From Bacteroidota bacterium (GTDB lineage: Bacteria; Bacteroidota; Bacteroidia; Chitinophagales; Chitinophagaceae): a stretch of 64,000 nucleotides of DNA. The position numbers were made by a program, and so were the translations under genes. Below, piece after piece: positions 17,708 through 27,402 of this stretch (its first letter is position 1; every line of letters starts with the position of its first letter). The stretch is taken from positions 39,728-103,727 of the forward strand of contig JAPLEH010000041.1 in NCBI GenBank assembly GCA_026391455.1. Reading direction: 5' to 3'. The notes below the pieces were generated by a model. It was not told the DNA's origin and searched no databases. It was given only the letters and a program-made list of their open reading frames with translations.

Positions 17708-17726
17708 TTAAATAAGTTTTTGCCAT

Positions 17727-18782
17727 ATGAAGGTCAGGGCCCTGAAATATATCATTCCCTTTATCTTTTTTGCGGGTGCGATCCTTTCTTTCCGTTCTTC
17801 CGGATGGATGGTTTGGATTCCCATGATCATTGCCTGGGTACTACTTCCCTTACTGGAGTTGGTGCTACCTCCCGATCCGGTGAACATGAGCGCTGCCGAA
17901 GAAGAAATGGCTAAAAAAAATAAAGTGTACGATTGGTTACTCTATCTCGTTGTACTCATGCAATACACGGCCTTATATTTTTTTCTTTCCGGTATTGACG
18001 ATACCACGCTGGCCTGGTACGATACAGCAGGCCGTGTGGCTGTGATGGGATTGCTCTGTGGCACTTTCGGAATCAACGTAGGGCATGAACTGGGCCACCG
18101 TGTCAACGACACCGAACAATCACTTGCCAAAGCCCTTTTGCTTACATCGTTGTATATGCATTTCTTTACCGAGCATAATAAAGGGCATCACAAACGGGTG
18201 GCCACACCCGAAGACCCCAGCAGTGCACGAATGGGAGAGCCTGTTTATCTTTTTTATTTCCGGACCATTGTGTTCAGTTACCTGAGCGCCTGGCATATTG
18301 CCAATGATGAAACAAAGAAAAAAGGGAAGCCCGTTTTTTCCCTGTACAATGAAATGATACTGTTTCAGCTGATCCAACTGGCTTTTATAAAAATCATATA
18401 TTTTGCCTTTAATGGATGGGTGATGCTGTATTTTCTGATCGCAGCCTTCATTGGCATATTACTGCTCGAAACGGTGAACTATATCGAACACTACGGGCTG
18501 CAACGTAAGTCGCTCGGAGATGGAAAATATGAACGGGCTATGCCCGCACATAGTTGGAACAGCGATCATGTATTGGGCCGCATCTTTTTATTTGAACTGA
18601 GCCGGCACTCCGATCATCATTATATGGCCAGCCGCAAATACCAGGTATTACGCCATCACGATGATGCTCCGCAAATGCCTACCGGTTATCCGGGTATGAT
18701 GTTGCTATCACTCCTGCCTCCTGCCTGGTTTTTTGTAATGAATAACCGGATCAAAAAAATTAAAGCGGCTATGGTCGCTTAA
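17727..18782 (+). CDS. alkB: Alkane 1-monooxygenase-like integral-membrane diiron hydroxylase (AlkB family)
   Basis: All AlkB histidine boxes are present: HELGHR, EHNKGHH, NYIEHYGL and LSRHSDHH. N-terminal TM helices. 351 aa. Confidence 0.85.
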   Translation: MKVRALKYIIPFIFFAGAILSFRSSGWMVWIPMIIAWVLLPLLELVLPPDPVNMSAAEEEMAKKNKVYDWLLYLVVLMQYTALYFFLSGIDDTTLAWYDTAGRVAVMGLLCGTFGINVGHELGHRVNDTEQSLAKALLLTSLYMHFFTEHNKGHHKRVATPEDPSSARMGEPVYLFYFRTIVFSYLSAWHIANDETKKKGKPVFSLYNEMILFQLIQLAFIKIIYFAFNGWVMLYFLIAAFIGILLLETVNYIEHYGLQRKSLGDGKYERAMPAHSWNSDHVLGRIFLFELSRHSDHHYMASRKYQVLRHHDDAPQMPTGYPGMMLLSLLPPAWFFVMNNRIKKIKAAMVA

Positions 18783-19110
18783 CCTTCGACAAGATATACG
18801 CCCGCACATGTACCGCGTTGTCCCTTCCCATACGTGTTCGCGGAATCATTCTTTCCAGAATATTTTCCCATTGACTGACCGTAAATACCAATGGATGGGG
18901 TATACCATGACAACGTTCGCATCGGGCCATAAAAACTGATTTGCCCTGTAATGTATCGGCTGTTACAGTGCCTGGCTCGGCATAGATAGAAATATCAGGC
19001 TTAAATGAGGGTGCTTCCCGTATAGTAATTACTGGTACCGATTTACGTGTGCAAGCGGCCAGCATGTGTACTGTTACAAAAAGGGCAAGTAAGGGTTTCA
19101 TGGTATTCAA
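18769..19110 (-). CDS. Small lipoprotein with a single CxxCH haem-binding motif (c-type cytochrome-like)
   Basis: Lipobox LAAC after the signal peptide, then the CERCHG motif. 113 aa. Its 3' end overlaps the alkB-like 3' end by 14 bp (convergent). Confidence 0.55.
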   Translation of the reverse strand: MNTMKPLLALFVTVHMLAACTRKSVPVITIREAPSFKPDISIYAEPGTVTADTLQGKSVFMARCERCHGIPHPLVFTVSQWENILERMIPRTRMGRDNAVHVRAYILSKVKRP

Positions 19111-19264
19111 CTATAAATTGCTTTAGTAAAATTACCAGGGATTACCCCGGTTTTACCTGTTTTAGACACAAGGTTGCAATAATAGTTTAAGCTGTATAAT
19201 TACTTAGTAATAAAATTCGGATAAATTGTTTCTTCATATTTCTATCACTTAACCAAAAGTATTT

Positions 19265-20245
19265 ATGAAAAAAACACTTCTATTGCTTGCCGGAGGGTTT
19301 GTATTGTTCACTGCCTGTAACAAATCAGCCTCCAATGAAAAAAACCTTCCTAAAGAAGAAGACACGGAAGTAACCGCCACCCAGCGTAACTGTTCATCTC
19401 AGGATGTACTGGATTTACAATTAAAAACTGATCCTTCACTGGGACAGCGTATGCGGGATATTGAGGCTTTCACTCAACGGATCGTTGAGAACCCCGGTTC
19501 ATATCGGCTATTACCCAGCGGTATCATTGAAATTCCTGTTGTATTCAATGTACTCTACAGAACCGCTGCTGAAAACGTTTCACTTACTCAATTGCAATCA
19601 CAAATTGATGTGCTGAACGAAGACTATTCCGGCACTAATGCTGACCGCAACCTTACATCTACCTATAATACTGTGAAAGCAGCTGATATCGGAATCCGCT
19701 TTGTACTGGATGTAGTAAATCGCAGAAGCACAACTAAAACCAGTTGGAGCACCAACGATGCGATGAAGAAAAGCGCACAGGGTATTGCACCCACCAGCCC
19801 CACTACCAAATTAAACATTTGGGTGTGCAATATGGGTGGTGGTATCCTCGGATATGCACAATTCCCCGGTGGTGCTGCTGCTACCGATGGTGTAGTACTG
19901 GACAACAATGCTACCGGCAGAACTGGTACTGCTGCGGCTCCTTTCAACAAAGGCAGAACTGCTACACATGAAGTAGGTCACTGGCTCAATCTGCGTCATA
20001 TCTGGGGTGATGCCACCTGTGGTAATGATCTGGTTGGTGATACACCTACTCACAATACTTCTAACTTCGGCTGTCCTGCTGCTGGTCACCTGAGCACCTG
20101 CGCCGGTACACCGGTAGAAATGACCATGAACTATATGGATTATACAGACGATGCCTGTATGTATATGTTCAGCCTGGGTCAGCGCACCCGTATGCTGGCT
20201 GTATTTGCCAGTGGTGGTCCCCGCAACAGCTTTGCACAACCTTAA
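19265..20245 (+). CDS. Zinc metalloprotease, M43 (pappalysin/cytophagalysin-like) lipoprotein
   Basis: Signal plus lipobox LFTAC. Extended zinc motif HEVGHWLNLRHIWGD. Met-turn region MNYMDY. Confidence 0.85.
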   Translation: MKKTLLLLAGGFVLFTACNKSASNEKNLPKEEDTEVTATQRNCSSQDVLDLQLKTDPSLGQRMRDIEAFTQRIVENPGSYRLLPSGIIEIPVVFNVLYRTAAENVSLTQLQSQIDVLNEDYSGTNADRNLTSTYNTVKAADIGIRFVLDVVNRRSTTKTSWSTNDAMKKSAQGIAPTSPTTKLNIWVCNMGGGILGYAQFPGGAAATDGVVLDNNATGRTGTAAAPFNKGRTATHEVGHWLNLRHIWGDATCGNDLVGDTPTHNTSNFGCPAAGHLSTCAGTPVEMTMNYMDYTDDACMYMFSLGQRTRMLAVFASGGPRNSFAQP

Positions 20246-20263
20246 TCGAGCATACACTGATAT

Positions 20264-20297
20264 AAAAAATGCCCCGGTTTACGCCGGGGCATTTTTT
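20264..20297. terminator. Bidirectional rho-independent terminator
   Basis: AAAAAATGCCCCGG-TTTACG-CCGGGGCATTTTTT lies between the convergent M43 protease and serS genes. Confidence 0.85.
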
Positions 20298-20315
20298 ATA
20301 TCATACATGATAAAT

Positions 20316-21587
20316 TCAGTTAATGATGCTGTCTTTAAAATACGGTTGTATGGCAGCCGGCAATTGTATTCCAGCTTCCGTTTGATTGTTTTCCAGCAAA
20401 CAAGCAATGATACGCGGCAATGCCAATGAACTTCCATTGAGTGTATGTACCAGTTGAGTTTTCCCGTTTGCATCTTTGAAACGCGTTTTCATCCGGTTGC
20501 TCTGATAAGATTCAAAACTGGATACAGAGCTTACTTCCAACCAGCGCTCCTGTGCAGCACTGTATACTTCGAAGTCGTAAGTTATGGCCGAAGCAAATCC
20601 CATGTCGCCACCGCATAGACGAAGAATGCGATAAGGTAATTCGAGACTGCTCAGCAGCCGCTCCACATGTGCCACCATTTCTTCAAGTGTATCAACACTT
20701 TTCTCCGGATGTACCAATTGTACGATCTCCACTTTTTCAAACTGATGAACCCTGTTCAATCCGCGTACATCTTTTCCAAAACTGCCAGCCTCTCTCCTGA
20801 AACAGGGAGAATAAGCCGTCATCTTTACCGGGAGGTCATTCTCTTTGAGTATCACATCGCGATAAATATTCGTAACGGGCACTTCTGAAGTCGGTATCAT
20901 GTAAAAATTATCTTCGGGCATATAATACATCTGCCCTTCTTTATCCGGCAACTGACCTGTACCGAATGCAGAAGCTTCATTGACCATAAAAGGAGGATGA
21001 TATTCCGTATACCCGGCTGCCGTATTAAAGTCAAGAAAATACTGGATCAATGCACGCTGCAAACGGGCACCTTTCCCTTTGAACAAAGCAAAACCACTCC
21101 CGGTGATTTTAGCACCCGTTTCAAAATCGATGATATCATATTTTTTGATAAGGTCCCAATGGGGTACTGCCCCGGCATACAATTGCGGTTTTGTACCTCC
21201 CTCCCGCACCACTTCATTATCAGCGGCCGATTTACCTGCAGGCACTTGTGACGCGGGCAGATTGGGTAATTTTACCAATTCATCCTGAACTTGTTTTTCG
21301 ACAGCCGCTAATTTCTCCGATACAGGCTGCAACGTACTTTTCAGTTGATTCACTTCGGCACGCTTCGCTTCCGCTTCTTCTTTCTGTCCTTTGGCCATCA
21401 ATGCACCAATCTCTTTGGATGTACTATTTACCTTCGCCTGATTGTTGTCAAACTCCAGTTGTAAACGCTTCCGTTCATCATCCAGCGCAATGATCGAATC
21501 CACCAGCCCCGGGTCTGCAAAATTTTTTTTGGCCAGACGTTCCTTAGCTTCCTGTGGATTCTGTCGTAATACCTGTATCTGCAACAT
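20316..21587 (-). CDS. serS: Serine--tRNA ligase
   Basis: Coiled-coil N-terminus and class II motifs (FRREAGS, GSGFALFKGKGARLQRAL, TLNGSSLA). The start at the internal Met (MLQIQVLRQNP, 21587) is supported by a -7 box 18 nt upstream. The longest ORF start at 21695 is unlikely. Confidence 0.95.
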   Translation of the reverse strand: MLQIQVLRQNPQEAKERLAKKNFADPGLVDSIIALDDERKRLQLEFDNNQAKVNSTSKEIGALMAKGQKEEAEAKRAEVNQLKSTLQPVSEKLAAVEKQVQDELVKLPNLPASQVPAGKSAADNEVVREGGTKPQLYAGAVPHWDLIKKYDIIDFETGAKITGSGFALFKGKGARLQRALIQYFLDFNTAAGYTEYHPPFMVNEASAFGTGQLPDKEGQMYYMPEDNFYMIPTSEVPVTNIYRDVILKENDLPVKMTAYSPCFRREAGSFGKDVRGLNRVHQFEKVEIVQLVHPEKSVDTLEEMVAHVERLLSSLELPYRILRLCGGDMGFASAITYDFEVYSAAQERWLEVSSVSSFESYQSNRMKTRFKDANGKTQLVHTLNGSSLALPRIIACLLENNQTEAGIQLPAAIQPYFKDSIIN

Positions 21588-21604
21588 CGCAATAAAATTT
21601 GGCG

Positions 21605-21612
21605 CAAAGGTA
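21605..21612 (-). promoter_or_regulatory. Candidate -7 box TACCTTTG for serS
   Basis: The + strand reads CAAAGGTA, the reverse complement of TAnnTTTG. It lies 18 nt upstream of the proposed serS ATG. Confidence 0.45.
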
Positions 21613-21659
21613 ACGTTTACCCGCCCATAGAACAAGCCTGTAAAAAAGCAGACTGCCTT

Positions 21660-21667
21660 TATCTTTG
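21660..21667 (+). promoter_or_regulatory. Candidate -7 box TATCTTTG for the divergent small gene
   Basis: Matches TAnnTTTG, 22 nt upstream of the TTG start at 21690. Confidence 0.4.
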
Positions 21668-21689
21668 CAGCATTAGAGCAAATGATGAC

Positions 21690-22016
21690 TTGCAAACGCG
21701 CTGGTGGAATCTGGAAGCCAGCCTGGTGGAAAGGTTTGGGAAAAAACCCGACCTGGAAGCTATTTTATTCCTGATCGGTATACAGGAATTGGACAGGCCC
21801 AAAGAGAAATATACCAAAGAACAAAAACAGGACCTGATGCATATTGCGGTATGCAGCCTGTTATCTGCCAGCGGATATTATGAGCTGGATGCGGTGGATG
21901 AGGATGGCTGGCCCCATTACAAACAACTAAAGGCCATGCCCGATATGACACCCATTGAACAGGAGAATTTTATCAAAGACCATGTGTTGTTGTATTTTGA
22001 ACAACAGGAATTTTAA
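21690..22016 (+). CDS. Hypothetical protein (small, soluble)
   Basis: 108-aa ORF with a TTG start and non-repetitive, balanced composition (RFGKKPDLEAILFLIGIQEL...DGWPHYKQL). It sits in the gap between serS and the PPIase gene. I recognise no motif. Confidence 0.55.
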   Translation: MQTRWWNLEASLVERFGKKPDLEAILFLIGIQELDRPKEKYTKEQKQDLMHIAVCSLLSASGYYELDAVDEDGWPHYKQLKAMPDMTPIEQENFIKDHVLLYFEQQEF

Positions 22017-22039
22017 CCCCTGATATATTGTTTTTACCA

Positions 22040-22741
22040 ATGAAAAAAATAGCCCTCTTTTTCGCAGCACTTGGCTTTGCCGGCATAGCGCATGCACAAT
22101 CCGATACGACCCTATCTAAAAAAGACCGTAAGAAAGATGTGCTATTACAAACCAATTATGGCGATATCGTGATACGCCTGTCTGACTCCACTCCGCTGCA
22201 CCGCGATAATTTTCTGAAACTGGTGAAGACGGGTTATTATGACAGTGTATTGTTTCACCGCGTTATCAAAAATTTTATGATACAATCGGGTGACCCGGAA
22301 AGCAAATCAGCCAAACCCGGACAGCCACTGGGCAATGGTGGTCCCTCCTACCGGGTGCCGGCAGAATTCAGGGCCACTTTATTCCATAAGAAAGGAGTGA
22401 TCGCAGCCGCCCGCGACAATAATCCAGAGAAAGCCAGCAGTGGCAGTCAGTTCTATCTTACGCAGGGAAAGGTTTTTTCCGATGCCGGACTCGACTCTTT
22501 AGAACAGTTTCGCCTGCAGGGCCGGAAGATCCCTGCTGATCAGCGGGAAGTATATAAAACACTGGGCGGTGTACCCCATCTGGATCAGAACTATACTGTT
22601 TTTGGTGAACTGGTAAAAGGCATTGAAGTGGTAGACAAGATCGCTGCCGTTGCCACCAGCAAAGGCCCCGATCGCGACCGGCCCATTGAAGATGCACGCA
22701 TCCTGAAGGCCAGCCTGATTAAGCGAAAAAAGAAAAAATAG
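22040..22741 (+). CDS. Peptidyl-prolyl cis-trans isomerase, cyclophilin type (secreted)
   Basis: Signal MKKIALFFAALGFAGIAHA. Cyclophilin motifs FHRVIKNFMIQSGDP, SGSQFYLT and YTVFGELVKG. Confidence 0.9.
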   Translation: MKKIALFFAALGFAGIAHAQSDTTLSKKDRKKDVLLQTNYGDIVIRLSDSTPLHRDNFLKLVKTGYYDSVLFHRVIKNFMIQSGDPESKSAKPGQPLGNGGPSYRVPAEFRATLFHKKGVIAAARDNNPEKASSGSQFYLTQGKVFSDAGLDSLEQFRLQGRKIPADQREVYKTLGGVPHLDQNYTVFGELVKGIEVVDKIAAVATSKGPDRDRPIEDARILKASLIKRKKKK

Positions 22742-22762
22742 ACTGTCGTATATTAATTTATA

Positions 22763-22800
22763 AAATAAAGAGGCCGCTCATACGAGCGGCCTCTTTATTT
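22763..22800. terminator. Bidirectional rho-independent terminator (17-bp stem)
   Basis: AAATAAAGAGGCCGCTC-ATAC-GAGCGGCCTCTTTATTT lies between the convergent PPIase and receptor genes. Confidence 0.9.
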
Positions 22801-22822
22801 TATTTTGTGCGTATACTTTCGA

Positions 22823-25300
22823 TCAATTACCACCTAATCCACCACCACCCTGCGTACGTTGCTTCTCTTCTTCTGAAGCATCTTTACGCTGACGGGCTGC
22901 TTTTACCGTATTGCTTCCAAAACGCCAGGTCAGACTTGTTTTTAACTGGCGGCTTTCGAAATTACCACTGGCAATGGTGCGCTGTCCGGCAAAATTGCTT
23001 TCTCCTTTCCATTTCATGCTGAAGAAGATATCCGATACAGATACTTTAAAATTTCCTTTGCCTTTGAAAATGGTCTTTTGCAATCCGGCATCAAGCGTCC
23101 ACATTTCTTTAGATTCGAAAGTACCCTGCCAGATAGAAGGCGAATTGTACCAGCCGCTCACCTCACCGGTCCAGTCTTTCTTTTTACCAAACTTCAGACT
23201 ATGCTGCATATAGATATTGAATGATGCCGCATCCAGGTTCACTACACGGTTGCCACCACCGAAATCAGCTTTGTATTTGGAATAATTACCACTCAGGTTT
23301 ACAAAAGCCATATAGGTTTTGTACATAAAGGGGTAACTGATATTAATGGCGATCACATCCTGTGTAGCCAGGTTCTTTTTTGTAATGAAGCTCTTCGACT
23401 GCTCCGTGGTATCGATCAGTTGGGTGAATACATCGGCCACATGGCTGTAACTGAGTGATGTATTCAGTTTATACTTATAGGTATTTCGCAGTGTAATGAT
23501 ATTGGTGTACTGCGGCAACAGTCCGGTATTTCCTTTCTGGAATGTATAGTTATCCAGTTTGAATTCAAAAGGATTCAGGTCCTGGTAAGCCGGTCTGTCG
23601 ATGCGACGGCTGTAGGAGATACCCCATTGATTCATCGGGTTCTTATTGAAAGTCAATCCCAGACTGGGAAAGAAATCGGTGTAATTCCGGGTAAACTTCG
23701 TCTTCGTGGATTTGTTCACCGATCCATTGCTAAATAATGCATAAGAACTTCCTTCTGAATGGGTGTTTTCCATACGCACACCAGCCTGAAACATAATTCC
23801 CTTCAGTTGTTTGTTGTAATTCACGTACAGGGCGTTGATATTCTCTTTGTAGTCAAACTGGTTACTTCTGCTCAGGTCAATCTGTTTGATCTCCGGACTC
23901 ACCTGTGAGATATCATAGCGCTGGAAATTATTGCGGGTATTGATAACGGAAATTTTACCACCCAAACCGAGTTTACCTTTTTTATAATTCTGCTCGTAAT
24001 CCGCTTTCAATGTATAGATATCAATGTCGGTGGGTGAAATAAACCGGAAGATATCATCATACAGGAGGGTGGCGCCGGTCGGGTCATAAGTATAGTTCGG
24101 TTGAAACTGGTTACCATCCATTCGGAAAAAGCCATAGTCCGCATCAATATTCAACTCCCTGCCGGCAGTGTCAGCGTATTTATAGTTCAGGTTCATATTC
24201 ACGTTATCCCGGCCCATGGAGTTGCGGTTATTGGCGGTAAGGATACGATCCACCACACCGGTAGGTATGTAACCGATATTTGTTTTGCTGTCGTTATTGA
24301 AACTGTTATCAGCAATATTTCCGTTTACCAGAATACCGAACGTACTTCGCTTATTCATATAGTAATCCAGGCCCGCTTTGAAACCATGGCTCTCATTGCG
24401 GATGATCATTGTGGTCTTTCCGTCGAAGAAAGAGTCCAGCAGGCTTCTGTATAAGTTGAAAACATTATTCTGTTTGGAATTATTATAATTATAGTTCCCA
24501 AACACGTTGATCTTTTTATTGCGGTGGTTAATGTTTAACCCGCTATTGTATTTCGGATAAATACCAATATTGTATCCTGCATTTACGGAACCATTGGTAC
24601 CAAAGGCCTTATTCTTTTTAAGGCGGATATTGATAATACCTGCATTTCCGGCCGCTTCGTATTTGGCAGAAGGGTTGGTAATGATCTCGATGGCTTCGAT
24701 TTGTGCGGATTGCATGGATTTAAGATAGTTGGTCAGATCCGTTCCGCTCAGGGGAGTGGGTTTGCCATCTATATATACCTGTACTCCATTTTTACCGGCC
24801 AGGCTGATATTGTCATCTTTATCGAGCATTACACCGGGCGATTTGCGGAGCAGTTCCAGCGCATCGCTGCCCTGGGCATTGATCGTACCTTCCACGTTCA
24901 GCACGGTCTTATCAGCTTTCATTTCCACAATGGGTTTTTGAGAGGTAACGGTCACTCCTTTCAGATCACCTTTGGATTTGGTGAGGCTGATTACGCCAAA
25001 ATCGGTGTTTCCGGAGGCAGGCACATCAAATACAGTGGAATATTGCGTTTCCAGGCCCACATGGGAAGCACTCACCAGAAAACGGCCACTGCGGCCCGCG
25101 ATAAGGGTAAAACGTCCATCTGAGCCGGTAACGGCCAGTTTTACAACGGAGGAGTCTTTCGCATTGAGGAGGGTAACGGTGGATTTTTCCAACCCTTTAC
25201 CCTGCGCATCTTTCACTACACCGGTTATTTGCTGGGCCATGGCAAAGCCTGAAAACAGCAAAATTCCGGCAAAAAACAGTACTAACTTTCTCATTTTCAA
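22823..25300 (-). CDS. TonB-dependent-receptor-like outer-membrane beta-barrel protein with an N-terminal carboxypeptidase-regulatory-like domain
   Basis: Signal peptide, then ITGVVKDAQGKGLEKSTVTLL (CarbopepD_reg-like) and a plug-like segment. A long alternating beta pattern follows. The tail is glycine-rich (GGGGLGGN). 825 aa. Confidence 0.85.
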   Translation of the reverse strand: MKMRKLVLFFAGILLFSGFAMAQQITGVVKDAQGKGLEKSTVTLLNAKDSSVVKLAVTGSDGRFTLIAGRSGRFLVSASHVGLETQYSTVFDVPASGNTDFGVISLTKSKGDLKGVTVTSQKPIVEMKADKTVLNVEGTINAQGSDALELLRKSPGVMLDKDDNISLAGKNGVQVYIDGKPTPLSGTDLTNYLKSMQSAQIEAIEIITNPSAKYEAAGNAGIINIRLKKNKAFGTNGSVNAGYNIGIYPKYNSGLNINHRNKKINVFGNYNYNNSKQNNVFNLYRSLLDSFFDGKTTMIIRNESHGFKAGLDYYMNKRSTFGILVNGNIADNSFNNDSKTNIGYIPTGVVDRILTANNRNSMGRDNVNMNLNYKYADTAGRELNIDADYGFFRMDGNQFQPNYTYDPTGATLLYDDIFRFISPTDIDIYTLKADYEQNYKKGKLGLGGKISVINTRNNFQRYDISQVSPEIKQIDLSRSNQFDYKENINALYVNYNKQLKGIMFQAGVRMENTHSEGSSYALFSNGSVNKSTKTKFTRNYTDFFPSLGLTFNKNPMNQWGISYSRRIDRPAYQDLNPFEFKLDNYTFQKGNTGLLPQYTNIITLRNTYKYKLNTSLSYSHVADVFTQLIDTTEQSKSFITKKNLATQDVIAINISYPFMYKTYMAFVNLSGNYSKYKADFGGGNRVVNLDAASFNIYMQHSLKFGKKKDWTGEVSGWYNSPSIWQGTFESKEMWTLDAGLQKTIFKGKGNFKVSVSDIFFSMKWKGESNFAGQRTIASGNFESRQLKTSLTWRFGSNTVKAARQRKDASEEEKQRTQGGGGLGGN

Positions 25301-25321
25301 TTCACTTTTTGATTAGGATGA

Positions 25322-25329
25322 CAAAGATA
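25322..25329 (-). promoter_or_regulatory. Candidate -7 box TATCTTTG for the receptor gene
   Basis: The + strand reads CAAAGATA, 22 nt upstream of the ATG at 25300. Confidence 0.4.
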
Positions 25330-25481
25330 GCCTTGTGTCATGCAATTGTAAATCGCTAACCGACAAATGGTGTAAATTGAGGCATGAACGGTGCTTTTTT
25401 TCCGGTGAATTGATTTCAGGTATTTATTAAGAATAACTATCACGGTAAAAGGTGTGGAATATGATTATCATCAAATTGCCT

Positions 25482-25489
25482 TAGGTTTG
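25482..25489 (+). promoter_or_regulatory. Candidate -7 box TAGGTTTG for gcvH
   Basis: Matches TAnnTTTG, about 20 nt upstream of the gcvH ATG. Confidence 0.4.
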
Positions 25490-25509
25490 CAGGCAAAACA
25501 TAATTGAAT

Positions 25510-25887
25510 ATGAATTTCCCCGCTAATCTTCGCTACACGAAAGATCACGAATGGATAAGTTTAGATGGTACTACTGCCACTATTGGTATTACCGAATTTG
25601 CCCAGGGCGAATTAGGTGATATTGTGTATGTGGAAGTGGATTCGATTGGAAAAAAACTGGAAGCAGGGGCTGTCTTTGGTACGGTGGAAGCCGTAAAAAC
25701 AGTGTCTGACCTCTTTTTACCTGTAAGTGGCACCATTCTGGAACTGAACGCAGAGCTGGCCGGTACCCCCGAATCAGTGAACTCGGATCCCTATGGCAGC
25801 GGCTGGATGATCAAAATGACCGTAGATAATCCGGCAGATGTGGAAGCACTGATGGATGCAGAAGCCTATAAAGCGCTTGTTGCCTGA
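25510..25887 (+). CDS. gcvH: Glycine cleavage system protein H
   Basis: YTKDHEWI and the lipoyl-lysine motif [10 protein letters not shown]. The ATG at 25510 is preferred over the TTG at 25504. Confidence 0.95.
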   Translation: MNFPANLRYTKDHEWISLDGTTATIGITEFAQGELGDIVYVEVDSIGKKLEAGAVFGTVEAVKTVSDLFLPVSGTILELNAELAGTPESVNSDPYGSGWMIKMTVDNPADVEALMDAEAYKALVA

Positions 25888-25897
25888 TTTTTTTAAA

Positions 25898-25929
25898 ATA
25901 CGAAAACCAGGCAACCCCTTTTTTCGTAT
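25898..25929 (+). terminator. Weak AT-rich terminator-like hairpin after gcvH
   Basis: ATACGAAAA...TTTTCGTAT is a 9-bp stem with a 14-nt loop. The downstream sequence is T-rich. Confidence 0.35.
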
Positions 25930-25979
25930 CTCATCTTGGTACTTTTTTCTGAAAAGGGCATTGTATCTTAACCAATTAC

Positions 25980-26522
25980 TTGAACTTGAAAACAACATAC
26001 AGCGAGGAAGAGCTGGTGTATTTGTTGCAACAACGCAATGAAAATGCCTTTTCTTATCTGTATGATAACTATTCCGGGGCTTTATTGGGCATTGTGAATG
26101 GTATCATTCCGGATAAGGAAATCGCCAACGATGTATTACAAAATGTATTTGTAAACATCTGGCGGAAGATCGCCTCGTACGACCCGTCGAAGGGCCGGTT
26201 GTTTACCTGGATGCTGAACATCGCCAGAAATGCAGCAATAGATGAGCTAAGGTCGAAAGGTTACCGGGATGCGCAGAAAAATCAGCCTATCGGTGAATCA
26301 GGCGAAGTGGCAGGTGCCGTAACCGGACCTGCGGTGGATGATGTGGGACTCAAAAAAGTACTCGGTAATTTGAAGTCGGATCTGCGGGTACTGGTGGATA
26401 TGTCCTATTTCCAGGGCTTTACGCACGAAGAGATATCCAGAGCACTCAACATACCGTTGGGAACGGTGAAAACGAGGATCAGGAGTGCGCTGTTACAGCT
26501 TAGAACGATGATTCAAACCTGA
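25980..26522 (+). CDS. ECF-type RNA polymerase sigma-70 factor
   Basis: Region 2 (DVLQNVFVNIWRK, WMLNIARNAAIDELR) and region 4 HTH (FTHEEISRALNIPLGTVKTRIRSAL). TTG start. Confidence 0.9.
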   Translation: MNLKTTYSEEELVYLLQQRNENAFSYLYDNYSGALLGIVNGIIPDKEIANDVLQNVFVNIWRKIASYDPSKGRLFTWMLNIARNAAIDELRSKGYRDAQKNQPIGESGEVAGAVTGPAVDDVGLKKVLGNLKSDLRVLVDMSYFQGFTHEEISRALNIPLGTVKTRIRSALLQLRTMIQT

Positions 26523-26550
26523 TGAAAACGCATTTATATTTTTAAATAAA

Positions 26551-27318
26551 TTGAACACACAGGAATACATACAAAGCGGAATACTGGAGAGCTATGTGCT
26601 CGGCCTCGCTTCTGATGAAGAAAGAAGAGAGGTGGAAGATATGTGTGCCAGGTATCCCGAAATTCTGCAGTCGAGGCTCGACTTTGAGAAGGCCCTGGAA
26701 GAGCAGGCTTTTGCTAATGCCGTACAGCCTGCCCCTAATGTAAAAGCAAATATGCTAGCGTTAATCGCCAACGAAACCGAGGCACCTTCCATTACTGCCA
26801 AAGAGGAGGCCCCTGTGAAAAAAATGTACTGGCTCCGGTATGCCGCAGCGGCCTGCGCCATTTTGCTGGCCGGAAGTGTATACTACAATATTGTTCTGTC
26901 TGACCGCAATAAAGCATTACGCAAAGAATACGACGATTCCGTTACCGCGTTAAACAATATCAAAGAAGATATTCAGGTATTACAGCAAAACAACAATGTT
27001 AAAATGGCCGCGTTGAACGGAACACCCGCTTCTCCGCAGTCCTTTACCACTGTATACTGGGATACCACATCGCACGATGTATACCTGCTTATCAATAACC
27101 TTCCCAAACCGGCTTCCGATAAACAATACCAACTCTGGGCATTCCTCGATGGTAAACCGGTAGATATGGGACTGATTGAGATCACCGACAAGCCACTCCA
27201 GCTATACAAATGCAACAAAGCTCAAAATGCCCAGGGATTTGCGATAACGCTGGAAAAAAGAGGTCGCGAAGATGTATCGGTGCCCGGCGGAGACGTGATG
27301 GTGGTAAGCAAATTATAA
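26551..27318 (+). CDS. Anti-sigma factor (RskA / anti-sigma-K-like)
   Basis: N-terminal ESYVLGLASDEERREVEDMCARYPEI, a single TM segment (YAAAACAILLAGSVYY) and a C-terminal YQLWAFLDGKPVDMG domain. It lies 28 bp after the sigma gene. Confidence 0.8.
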   Translation: MNTQEYIQSGILESYVLGLASDEERREVEDMCARYPEILQSRLDFEKALEEQAFANAVQPAPNVKANMLALIANETEAPSITAKEEAPVKKMYWLRYAAAACAILLAGSVYYNIVLSDRNKALRKEYDDSVTALNNIKEDIQVLQQNNNVKMAALNGTPASPQSFTTVYWDTTSHDVYLLINNLPKPASDKQYQLWAFLDGKPVDMGLIEITDKPLQLYKCNKAQNAQGFAITLEKRGREDVSVPGGDVMVVSKL

Positions 27319-27402
27319 CTCAACTCTTTCCAATCTGAATTTTATAACAGAACGTATCTGTATTAGCTGCACGTTGTGGCTATAGTAGTTTTCGTTCTAT
27401 AG

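Noticed and set aside
25301-25503. Riboswitch search: a glycine riboswitch before gcvH or a cobalamin riboswitch before the TonB-type receptor
   Set aside because: I found no GGAGAG...ACCGAAGGGGCAA-type glycine aptamer core and no B12 box (GCCACTG) on either strand. The spacer holds only two divergent -7 boxes.
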